DNA of 21,804 nucleotides from Minisyncoccota bacterium (GTDB lineage Bacteria; Patescibacteriota; Minisyncoccia; Phycocordibacterales; JBAYGS01): NCBI GenBank assembly GCA_041666545.1, contig JBAYGS010000001.1, positions 1 to 21,804 of the forward strand, read 5' to 3'. Shown piece by piece: positions 7,844 to 15,789 of this stretch (position 1 is its first letter; each line of letters starts with the position of its first letter). The notes under the pieces were generated by a model. It saw only the letters and a program-made list of their open reading frames with translations, ran no database searches and was not told where the DNA came from. The position numbers and the translations under genes were made by a program.

Positions 7844-8368
7844 ATGGAATACCTATATCATCGTGTGCCAAAGAACATGGTTGGGACGACTCTTTATCCG
7901 CTGAATGTCTTGAAGGAAACACAGCCAGAAATTTACAATGAGCACATTAAGAAATATGAAGACAGGAAGCACCTGCTAACTACTGAAATTCCGCCCCTGC
8001 GTTGTTTGTGGAATGATGTACTACACCTTACTGCCGTCGCACCCGCGTCTTTGAAGGCAAATCTTGCAAAAGCTGGTATCGAATTGCCTCCAACTGCTTG
8101 GTTTAAGATTCCTGTGTCCTTGATACAGGGAGGAAATAGTATCGCTTTTACTTATCGTCGTGACAAGGATGTTATTCCGAATTTCAAAGAGTACGAGCCG
8201 TTTGATCCTGCCCGAATGGAAATTTACCGCATTGTCCCAGAGGAGACAATTGAGTATTACAAGCAGAAGAGGGCAGATGGCGCCAGGCCGTTACTTTTTC
8301 ATCTTGTGCCGCACATTTTGTACAAAGGGACGATTGACACTGAAGTTTTGGAAATAGTATATTCTTAA
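7844..8368 (+). CDS. Hypothetical protein (174 aa)
   Basis: It is co-directional with its neighbours and is followed immediately by a 27-bp repeat/hairpin. No recognisable family. Confidence 0.5.
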   Translation: MEYLYHRVPKNMVGTTLYPLNVLKETQPEIYNEHIKKYEDRKHLLTTEIPPLRCLWNDVLHLTAVAPASLKANLAKAGIELPPTAWFKIPVSLIQGGNSIAFTYRRDKDVIPNFKEYEPFDPARMEIYRIVPEETIEYYKQKRADGARPLLFHLVPHILYKGTIDTEVLEIVYS

Positions 8369-8380
8369 ATTGGCATGTTA

Positions 8381-8407
8381 AATCTACAAGGTCCGGCCTT
8401 GTAATTA
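8381..8407 (+). repeat. 27-bp element AATCTACAAGGTCCGGCCTTGTAATTA (copy 1) containing a 7-bp hairpin TACAAGG-tccgg-CCTTGTA
   Basis: A perfect 27-bp direct repeat of 13241-13267. It lies 12 nt after the stop of the upstream gene. Confidence 0.85.
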
Positions 8408-8424
8408 TTGCAATCAAATCATTC

Positions 8425-11400
8425 ATGGAATTCGTGAGTGTTTTTTGCTACTATTTGCATATGTCGGAAAAATTTTCTAAGCAAGGTGAGGTAAACAAGG
8501 TGGTTTTAAGGCCTGAGGATATGGTGGGTAAGTTTGATGTCGACGAGAAGCGTAAAAAAGACACCATTCGGGAAAGGGCGACGGATCGTTTAATCAAGGG
8601 TTTGTTGAGAGGTTATATAAGTTATACCGAAGAGAATAATCTTGAAGGTGTCGACCATGTTCGCAGCGAGCACGATAAGGGTGATGATTATGACCAAGAT
8701 GATGACTTAGATAATAACGACAATGTTGATTGGGAATGGGAAAGAAAACAAATCCTTTCTAGGATACCAAGTGAAGTAAGAGTTCTTCCGGAAGTACAAA
8801 AAGCCGCCAAGGAAGGGATGCTCTTGTGCCTAGAGAGTGGAAACCTTGCAGAAGCTGTCGACATTAAAGATGTGTTCTCCCTTCCGACTGAATTTATTCA
8901 TTCTGTCGCCGCACTCAACGCCATTAAGGATGAGCTGATTCGTTGGGATGATACGGACAGGATTGTTGGGCTAGTGAATAAATTTTTTCCTAATCTCTCC
9001 CCAGAACAGGCGCTTTCTCCTGAATTGGAGTCCGCCTTCAAACATGTAATAGCCCAACTTCTTTCGGAGGGGTACACTGAAAAAGCGATTGAAATAAAAA
9101 GCAAACTGTCTCTTGGTGCCGAAGTGATCAGTTCGCCAGAAGTCCAGAATGCCCTTAAGAAGAAATTTTCCGATGATTTGCTTGTCGGGGATGTTCGCGA
9201 GGCGGAACGCCTCCAGAAACATTTTTTGCTTACTACTGAATTCATGCATTCGCCAGAAGTTCAGGCGGCTGTTAAGTATCGGGTGGCCGACATTTTATCT
9301 CGCCGTGACTATGATTTTGTCAAAAATGCCACTGAAGTCGGGATTAAATTTTCGCTCCTGAAAGAAAACCTTCAAGAGGCGGCAAAGGTTGGAATGGTGG
9401 CCAACTTATCAAGAGGAAATATTCACAATGTAATCGAGATTAGGGATAAATTTGAGCTTCCGAAGGGGGTTAGCACATCTCCGGAAATGCAGCAGGCCGC
9501 CAAAGAGGGAATGATGAGTTGTCTAGATATCGACAATATTGACGCTTTAACTAAGAGGGCAATATCCATAAAGGAAGAGTTTTCTGTTCCCGACGAGTTC
9601 CTGGCCTCTTCCGAGGTGCAGTCGGCGGTTGCACGCATCGTGACATATTGTATATCGGGGGTTCACTATATGCTTGACCGCGCGGTTGAAATTAGAAATA
9701 TTTTTTTACTTTCGGAAGACTTAACTCAAGAAGCGGTGAAGGTGGGAATGATACGCCAAATCGTACGAAATAATCTGCCGGTGGCAGAAAAGATGAGAGA
9801 AGCTTTTTCAATTCCCGAAGGTATCATGCATACCCCAGAAGTTCAGTTGGAGGTTAAGGGTCTATTAATCCGGTACCTGGAGACCGGATCTGCCGAACAG
9901 GCACTGAAACTGGCAGACGACCCGTCTTTTTCTTCAGAGACGCTGGTTTCTCCGGAGATCCAAGAGTGTGCCCGAAAGGCTTTAGTACGACACATACTTG
10001 GGGGGCGGATCGGCGCGTATAACAATGGTTACTTTCGGACCTGTGAGTTGATTAGGGATAAATTCGCGCTTCCGATTGATTTTAATACTTCACCGGAAAT
10101 CGAAGAAGCCGTAAAAAAACTCACAATCAGTCTTTTGACCGGCGCTTACACGACCGATCATTCGACCGAAGTGATAAATCAGTTCCCCGTCGTTTCAGCT
10201 AGGGTTATCCCATCTCCTGAAGTCCAAAATGCCGTTAACGCGCGAATCATTGACCGATTTGCCCACGCTGACACTGCTCCTATCAAGGAATACCAAGAAA
10301 GATTTGGTGTGTCTCCTGAGGCCATGAGGCGATGCGCCAGGGAGGGGTTGTTGAGCCTACTGTCTAATGGTAAGTCCAGCAATATTCGTGACTACGATAA
10401 TCTGGTAAAAAATTTCTCATTCACACAGGAAGAGCTTTCTTCTCAGGAAATGCAACAGGCAGTCAAAAATGGGATGTCAAAATATATAGAGCAAGGCAAC
10501 ATAAGACTGGCCGTGGAAATAGCACAGAAGTTCTTTCTTCCTGCCGAGGAGTTAAACCGAATTGCCGAAGGAGAGCTAATAAAATTTCTAAACATAGGTA
10601 ACCGCAGTATCTCGATTGGGATTAAAGATAGTTGCTCAATCTCCAAGGAATATATTTCTTCAGTGCCTGTCCAACAGGCGGCAAAAAACGGAGTCATGAG
10701 GCAGCTTTCAAAAGAAAACATTGAGGACGCTGTTCAGATTAAAAAGCAATTCTCTCTCACCGACGAAATCTACACGCAAGCCTCGATAGAAGCCGTCGCC
10801 AGTATTTTATCTGGGGGATCGTTTGAAGCTACCATGAGAATTAAGGGTCGGCTTCAGCTTTCAGATGATGCAATGTCACAAGTGGGGAAGCGGGCCTTCC
10901 TGAAATGCTTGTTGGATGAGAAAAAAGATATGGCAGGAAAAATTAAAGAGAAGCTTAGGGTGACCGTGAACAGTGAAGATATTTTCGGCTTCTTTCCAGA
11001 AATGCGTAAAATTCTGTCTGATTTGGCGGCTGTCTCTCCCGAATTTTCTGCACAAGCTGAAAGAACGCCGGATTTGCTTTTGAGTCTTCTGGAGTTTAGG
11101 AACGACCTGGGCAAAATAATTCGGATTGCGAGGGAGAACCCGTTTCTTTTAGACGCTGTGGCAGCCAATCCGCGTTTTGGTTCACGCCTACTGATTAAGT
11201 ATCCGCAGTTCGACACAATTGCAAAAAGTAGTATAAAGACTCAGTTTGAAATCAAAAAGAAGATAATGGCGGAGCATCCAGATGTTGACCCTCAATCGGT
11301 TGAATTTCGCACACTGATGCAGGACTCTCTTGTGGGGTACAGATTAAATAAGCAGGTTTTGGAAAGTATCGATGCAAAGGGCATAAACTCAGAGCGTTGG

Positions 11401-13236
11401 CTAAATTATGATGAGACTGCGCATTTTAATTTGGGTTCCAACGAAAACACACTGGCTTTCTCGGAAATAATTACTACGCCGATTGGAAGAATTAAAGAAA
11501 CGATTGATACCTATGCCCACACCATCAAAGAAGTGCTGAACGAATACCGTGCTGAGCTAATGGCATTTGAGATCGTGTTGGGAAAGGGTGAACTTCCTAC
11601 AGAAGAACTTCAAAAAATGACAGAAGCTTTGGAGAAAGCACGAAACGAGGGAAATCCTAAAAAAGTGGCCGGCATTGAAAAGGGGATAGAAAACCTGAAA
11701 GCAAAATTCTCGCAAGAGCGAAAAGGTGTTCTGTGGGAAAAATTGTTGTCTGATGTGGCCTCGTTCCAGCGCCTTAAAGATGATGTGTATAAGGCGCAGG
11801 AAATTTTCGTGGCGACCGAAAAAGAACTGGAAAATGTCGTTATGGAGAAGATGCCATCTGGGAAGAGGATACAAGAGATTAAACGAAAGATGGCAAGCGC
11901 AAAAGAAGATTTGCGCGCAAAATTTGTAGTTATGGAGCGTCGAATTGAGGAATTTCGAGGCAATCTTAAAACCGTTATTGCACCGGCCTTGGGGAGCGAT
12001 CGTGCCTCGGCTCTTATTCAGGAGATAAATACGAAACTTGCCGAGCAATTCAACCACTTTGATACTGACAGAAGTATGCTCAAGAATCTTTTCTCCGAGC
12101 AATCCGATAAAAGGAGGGAGGAGGTTGAAAGTCGTCCGATGAGTATCTTTGTCTGGACAAGGGACCCTGATGTGGATTTGTACCAAGGTAACTATTCTCC
12201 TTGTTGCATTTGCATAGACAGTGAGTACCACGGGGCTGAGTCTCCTATATCGGACTATAACATCGACTTGGGCATTCAAATCGTGAATGTGTGGGACGAG
12301 GTAAGAGATGAGCCGGTGACGGCCGCGTGGTGTTGGCTCGGTGAGGATGAAAAAGGCGAACCGGCTTTGGTGGTAGACAATATTGAGGCCAATACTTTTT
12401 ACAGTGCAAATTTTTCTGGGCAGTTTACAAATGAGCTCTTTAAATATATTAAAAATTACGCCAAAGAAATTGGGGTCAAAAAGGCTATTCTTGGCAAGGC
12501 AAACAATGATTTGCCTACTGCTGGAGAGTTGTCAAAACTTCCCGAAGATGCAGGGAGATACAAAAAAATCGGCGGGGCTAGCAGGTCGGACGGATACTTT
12601 CTTGAGGCGGAAGATACCAGCGTTAAAACAATTTGGGAAAAGGGAGTTAAGTTGGTAAACAGGAGGTCTGAAGCTGACAATCCAAAAGATGCTGAGCGCG
12701 TTATTTTCGGTGAAGTTTCCACGCTCCCCCTTACTGAAAATGATTTTCGCTTGATGCGCGATCTTGAGGGTAAGGTATATGCAGATGATTCCGAATTGAT
12801 ACAGGGGTTGGAACTTGTTCGAGACATTAAAGACGGTAATGGGTTAGAATATTCCTTGGCAACCTGGGGTGTGCAGGAAGGAGGGACCAAGCAAGAGATG
12901 ATTGCATATGCTGTTGCGGTAGAGGGTGAAACTGATGAGGGCGACAAATCAGTTTATCTCGAAGATATTGCGGTCGCCCCGGAGGCTCGAAGGCGCGGTA
13001 TTGGCCAGAAATTAATTCAAGAATTGCTGGGAAAACTTAAGGTGAAAGCGGCGAGAGATAGCAAACCGGTACTTTTTGACATGCATCTTCGATCAAACTC
13101 ATTGGCCCTGTTAGACGGACAACAGGCGCAACTTGGGGGAATGGGGGTTGTTCTGTTGGAGGATGTGCTTGTTCCTGACTTCTACGATGAAGGGGAGGAT
13201 GCGGTGTATAGGGTGTATGAAGTGGCGGCGAATTAA
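8425..13236 (+). CDS. Giant multidomain protein (about 1600 aa) with an N-terminal array of about 20 degenerate ~40-aa repeats (SPEVQxAxK...G.I..A.EI...F.LP.EF), a coiled-coil segment, a Cys-rich central domain (YSPCCICIDSEYHG) and a C-terminal GNAT N-acetyltransferase domain
   Basis: One uninterrupted 4.8-kb ORF. Protein-level tandem repeats are visible between about aa 110 and 830. The C-terminus has the GNAT motif A pattern VYLEDIAVAPEARRRGIGQKLIQELL. The start codon is uncertain (ATG at 8425 or 8461; neither has a strong RBS). Confidence 0.65.
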   Translation: MEFVSVFCYYLHMSEKFSKQGEVNKVVLRPEDMVGKFDVDEKRKKDTIRERATDRLIKGLLRGYISYTEENNLEGVDHVRSEHDKGDDYDQDDDLDNNDNVDWEWERKQILSRIPSEVRVLPEVQKAAKEGMLLCLESGNLAEAVDIKDVFSLPTEFIHSVAALNAIKDELIRWDDTDRIVGLVNKFFPNLSPEQALSPELESAFKHVIAQLLSEGYTEKAIEIKSKLSLGAEVISSPEVQNALKKKFSDDLLVGDVREAERLQKHFLLTTEFMHSPEVQAAVKYRVADILSRRDYDFVKNATEVGIKFSLLKENLQEAAKVGMVANLSRGNIHNVIEIRDKFELPKGVSTSPEMQQAAKEGMMSCLDIDNIDALTKRAISIKEEFSVPDEFLASSEVQSAVARIVTYCISGVHYMLDRAVEIRNIFLLSEDLTQEAVKVGMIRQIVRNNLPVAEKMREAFSIPEGIMHTPEVQLEVKGLLIRYLETGSAEQALKLADDPSFSSETLVSPEIQECARKALVRHILGGRIGAYNNGYFRTCELIRDKFALPIDFNTSPEIEEAVKKLTISLLTGAYTTDHSTEVINQFPVVSARVIPSPEVQNAVNARIIDRFAHADTAPIKEYQERFGVSPEAMRRCAREGLLSLLSNGKSSNIRDYDNLVKNFSFTQEELSSQEMQQAVKNGMSKYIEQGNIRLAVEIAQKFFLPAEELNRIAEGELIKFLNIGNRSISIGIKDSCSISKEYISSVPVQQAAKNGVMRQLSKENIEDAVQIKKQFSLTDEIYTQASIEAVASILSGGSFEATMRIKGRLQLSDDAMSQVGKRAFLKCLLDEKKDMAGKIKEKLRVTVNSEDIFGFFPEMRKILSDLAAVSPEFSAQAERTPDLLLSLLEFRNDLGKIIRIARENPFLLDAVAANPRFGSRLLIKYPQFDTIAKSSIKTQFEIKKKIMAEHPDVDPQSVEFRTLMQDSLVGYRLNKQVLESIDAKGINSERWLNYDETAHFNLGSNENTLAFSEIITTPIGRIKETIDTYAHTIKEVLNEYRAELMAFEIVLGKGELPTEELQKMTEALEKARNEGNPKKVAGIEKGIENLKAKFSQERKGVLWEKLLSDVASFQRLKDDVYKAQEIFVATEKELENVVMEKMPSGKRIQEIKRKMASAKEDLRAKFVVMERRIEEFRGNLKTVIAPALGSDRASALIQEINTKLAEQFNHFDTDRSMLKNLFSEQSDKRREEVESRPMSIFVWTRDPDVDLYQGNYSPCCICIDSEYHGAESPISDYNIDLGIQIVNVWDEVRDEPVTAAWCWLGEDEKGEPALVVDNIEANTFYSANFSGQFTNELFKYIKNYAKEIGVKKAILGKANNDLPTAGELSKLPEDAGRYKKIGGASRSDGYFLEAEDTSVKTIWEKGVKLVNRRSEADNPKDAERVIFGEVSTLPLTENDFRLMRDLEGKVYADDSELIQGLELVRDIKDGNGLEYSLATWGVQEGGTKQEMIAYAVAVEGETDEGDKSVYLEDIAVAPEARRRGIGQKLIQELLGKLKVKAARDSKPVLFDMHLRSNSLALLDGQQAQLGGMGVVLLEDVLVPDFYDEGEDAVYRVYEVAAN

Positions 13237-13240
13237 CCTG

Positions 13241-13267
13241 AATCTACAAGGTCCGGCCTTGTAATTA
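13241..13267 (+). repeat. 27-bp element AATCTACAAGGTCCGGCCTTGTAATTA (copy 2)
   Basis: Identical to 8381-8407. It lies 4 nt after the stop of the giant gene. Confidence 0.85.
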
Positions 13268-13372
13268 CCGAGGAATGCACCCCCTCTCCATTCTAGTGTT
13301 TTGCAAAATGCTAAAATGGAAAAAAGAGGGGACAATGAAGCGAGGCCCTGCTAAAGCTGATATAATCCAGTT

Positions 13373-14032
13373 ATGATTTTTCCGAATCTAAAGAATAAAA
13401 AATTTGGATATGTGAATTTGAATTTGGAAGCCAAAGTGTGGCTTGCGGAGAACCGGGTGAAAGCGGGGGAGAATCCACTGCTTGATCCGGAGATTTGCCA
13501 GAAAATGGTTTTGCAGGCCCATCAAAAATATAATCTCGATTTTTCCTATGGTGGCTGGCCGGAAGATCGAAGTGTCTTGTGGCACGGCAGTTACCTTGAT
13601 GCCGAAAATTCCTACATTCATCTCGGAGTTGATATCAATGTGCCGACTGGGACAGAAATCGCGATTGATTTTGACGCGGAAGTTGTCAGAATCGACGATG
13701 ACTATCCGGAAGAAGGCGGTTGGGGGCCAAGAGTGATTGTGAAAAATCTCTCGGTGCCGATTTATCTGATTTATGCTCACCTCGATCGAGAAATCAAATG
13801 CAAAGTCGGCGACAGCCTAAAAGTCGGGCAAGTTTTTGCCAAAGTTGGAAAGGCGCCTTTTAATGGTAATTGGTTTCCTCATCTACATGTCCAAACAATC
13901 ACGGCTGAATATTACAAAAATCTAGAAGAGAATAATTCTTGGAGCGAACTTGATGGCTACGGCTTGTACGCCGACATTTCCTCTAATTCCAAATTGTTCC
14001 CAGACCCGCTTCAATTCATTTTGCTTAAATAA
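13373..14032 (+). CDS. M23-family (LytM-type) metallopeptidase domain protein with no signal peptide
   Basis: The HxxxD motif (HLGVD) and HxH motif (HLHVQ) are in the M23 arrangement. The N-terminus is not hydrophobic. A TATAAT box at 13361-13366 sits only 6 nt before the ATG, which suggests a leaderless-like mRNA. Confidence 0.6.
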   Translation: MIFPNLKNKKFGYVNLNLEAKVWLAENRVKAGENPLLDPEICQKMVLQAHQKYNLDFSYGGWPEDRSVLWHGSYLDAENSYIHLGVDINVPTGTEIAIDFDAEVVRIDDDYPEEGGWGPRVIVKNLSVPIYLIYAHLDREIKCKVGDSLKVGQVFAKVGKAPFNGNWFPHLHVQTITAEYYKNLEENNSWSELDGYGLYADISSNSKLFPDPLQFILLK

Positions 14033-14064
14033 TTTCCTCTTCGTCTCCGAAAAGAAAACTGCTT

Positions 14065-14100
14065 ACCCGTTCCACTTTAGTTAACTAAAGTGGAACGGGT
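14065..14100. repeat. Perfect 36-bp palindrome ACCCGTTCCACTTTAGTTAACTAAAGTGGAACGGGT, member of a 3-copy motif family
   Basis: It is self-complementary over its whole length. The core TTCCACTTTA...TAAAGTGGAACGGG recurs at 16210-16239 and 17749-17779. Confidence 0.85.
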
Positions 14101-14129
14101 AGGGGTGGTATGTGGTGAAGTCAGATTTT

Positions 14130-14164
14130 GATTAAATAAAAACAACCGTCCAAAGGGGCGGTTG
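14130..14164 (-). terminator. Intrinsic terminator for the minus-strand gene 14203..14706 (CAACCGCCCC-tttgg-ACGGTTG followed by TTTTTATTT on the minus strand)
   Basis: The plus-strand hairpin at 14143-14164 is preceded by an A-rich tract, which is a U-tract on the minus strand. Confidence 0.6.
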
Positions 14165-14202
14165 TGGTGAGGCGAATGCCGAGTGTAAAGGTTGTGTCAG
14201 GC

Positions 14203-14706
14203 TTATTCCGGGAGGCCGACGAAGTAGGGCTTGCGTGCCAGGTCGACTTCGAAGGCGCCGATGACGAAGGCGTGGAGTGTCGAGGCGAACAGGCCGGAAA
14301 TTGCCAGATCGTGGTGCCAGGCGAGACCGCTGGTGCCCACGATAATTCCCTCATAACAGACGCTTCCGCCAAATTTAAAGTCCTCCTTCAGAAGCAGGTG
14401 GGGTTGGTGTCGCTGGACGAGATGACTGGGTAGGCCAGTACGCCACGATAAGTGCGCCTTTTTGAGCGCGAACTCATCGTAGGGATTTTTCCATTTCGTC
14501 TTGTCTGGTTCCCCGAACGATTCTTGCCAAAGCAGTGGGTCATCCCGGTTGATGAATTGGTGGTCGTACGGTATGGTCGGGTCGAGGACCGCCACGCAGG
14601 CGACAGACCGAGAGGGGTCGAGTGCAATAATCGCCTCAATACTCGGTTTCAATATATCCGCCACTTGTTTGACAAGTGCTTTTGTGAGAAGAGCTGATGA
14701 ACTCAT
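14203..14706 (-). CDS. GlcG/HbpS-like (DUF336) protein, tentative
   Basis: The C-terminal segment FGGSVCYEGIIVGTSGLAWHHDLAISG resembles the conserved fGGG.PI..dG.viGAIGVSG...e.D motif of the GlcG/HbpS family. Length is 167 aa. Confidence 0.4.
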   Translation of the reverse strand: MSSSALLTKALVKQVADILKPSIEAIIALDPSRSVACVAVLDPTIPYDHQFINRDDPLLWQESFGEPDKTKWKNPYDEFALKKAHLSWRTGLPSHLVQRHQPHLLLKEDFKFGGSVCYEGIIVGTSGLAWHHDLAISGLFASTLHAFVIGAFEVDLARKPYFVGLPE

Positions 14707-14873
14707 TTTTTTCCTTCGGTTTCGGTGGTTCTTGTCTATTCGGTTTGAGTTGCTGAACTAGTATGTAGACTAACACTGTCATGCGACGATGTCAATGTCG
14801 GGTGGTCGTCATACCCCAAAATATCAAGGTCGGACCTTAATGGTGGTTTTATAATTCAGACCCTGGTCTAAAT

Positions 14874-15293
14874 TTGGCTGTTTCTGATATAATTTTGAAT
14901 ATGAATAAAGTCACACATTTTGAATTTCCTTGGGATGACAAGGAGCGAGCGAAGTCTTTTTATCAGAAAGTTTTTGGCTGGAAGCCTTTTGAGTGGGAGC
15001 AGTTTAGTTATACCAGTTGGCAAACTGGGCCGATTGACGAAAAGATGCAACCAAAAGAAACAGGTTTTATAAATGGCGGCTCTAGTAAGCGTGATGCCAG
15101 CATGCCGTACCCGATGTTTTATATCGATGTTCCTGATATGGACTTGGCTTTAGGTAATATTATTAAAAACGGTGGTTCAGTAGTACGCGGTAAAACTCCG
15201 TTAGGAGAAAACGGCGCGATGGGTTTCCTGGCTTGGTTTAAGGATTCCGAAGGAAACATTCTCGGGTTGTCTCAATACAAAAGACCTGAATAA
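14874..15293 (+). CDS. VOC-family (glyoxalase/bleomycin-resistance fold) protein
   Basis: The N-terminal VTHFEFPWDDKERAKSFYQKVFGW and C-terminal GFLAWFKDSEGNILGL segments are typical paired beta-alpha-beta-beta-beta modules of VOC proteins. The start may be the internal ATG at 14901. Confidence 0.55.
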   Translation: MAVSDIILNMNKVTHFEFPWDDKERAKSFYQKVFGWKPFEWEQFSYTSWQTGPIDEKMQPKETGFINGGSSKRDASMPYPMFYIDVPDMDLALGNIIKNGGSVVRGKTPLGENGAMGFLAWFKDSEGNILGLSQYKRPE

Positions 15294-15315
15294 TTAATCT
15301 AATCTATACATTAAT

Positions 15316-15765
15316 ATGCTTACTACAATTTCACTTTCAGTTGCCGGGGCGGTGATTGCCGCAGTCGTTGGTACCATTTGGTATTCCAACTCGACTCCGA
15401 TGGGCAGGATTCATATGCAATCTCTCGGGTTTGATAAACTGTCGGAGGAAGAAAAAAAGAATAAAATGCAGACGGGGAAGGCGATGATGCCGAAGATGTA
15501 CACGGCTCAACTGTTGCTATCATTTCTAACAGCCTTTGCGGTGGTCTTTATTGTGTCTATGAGCGTCAAGAACGGCGTGTCGCTCGGTCTGGCTATTGGA
15601 TTTGTGATGCTAAACTGGCTCTGCTTTATTGTCCCGACAATTGGTTCCGGAGTGCTCTGGAGTAATTGTGATCCAAAACTTGCTTGGAAAAAATTCTTCT
15701 CTGATATTTTCTCAAATCTGGTCACGCTTCTGCTGATCGCATTTCTGACCAGCTTTTTTGTCTAA
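15316..15765 (+). CDS. Small integral membrane protein (four predicted TM helices), DUF1761-like
   Basis: Hydrophobic segments run along its length. The N-terminal pattern AGAVIAAVVGTIWYSN resembles DUF1761 proteins. Confidence 0.45.
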   Translation: MLTTISLSVAGAVIAAVVGTIWYSNSTPMGRIHMQSLGFDKLSEEEKKNKMQTGKAMMPKMYTAQLLLSFLTAFAVVFIVSMSVKNGVSLGLAIGFVMLNWLCFIVPTIGSGVLWSNCDPKLAWKKFFSDIFSNLVTLLLIAFLTSFFV

Positions 15766-15789
15766 GACAAAATACTGGGGGTGAGTTTG

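Noticed and set aside
11557-12279. 240-aa antisense ORF, plus several 60-120-aa antisense ORFs (8898..9245, 10854..11216, 12456..12947), inside the giant gene
   Set aside because: They are embedded in a 4.8-kb uninterrupted sense ORF with coherent protein repeats and a GNAT domain. The antisense ORFs are low-complexity and lack start context.
5049-15770. Calling the tRNA-adjacent block a bona fide integrative element or prophage
   Set aside because: No integrase, recombinase, transposase or phage structural genes were seen. I could not find a duplicated tRNA 3'-end att repeat by eye. It is reported only as a compositionally distinct candidate island.
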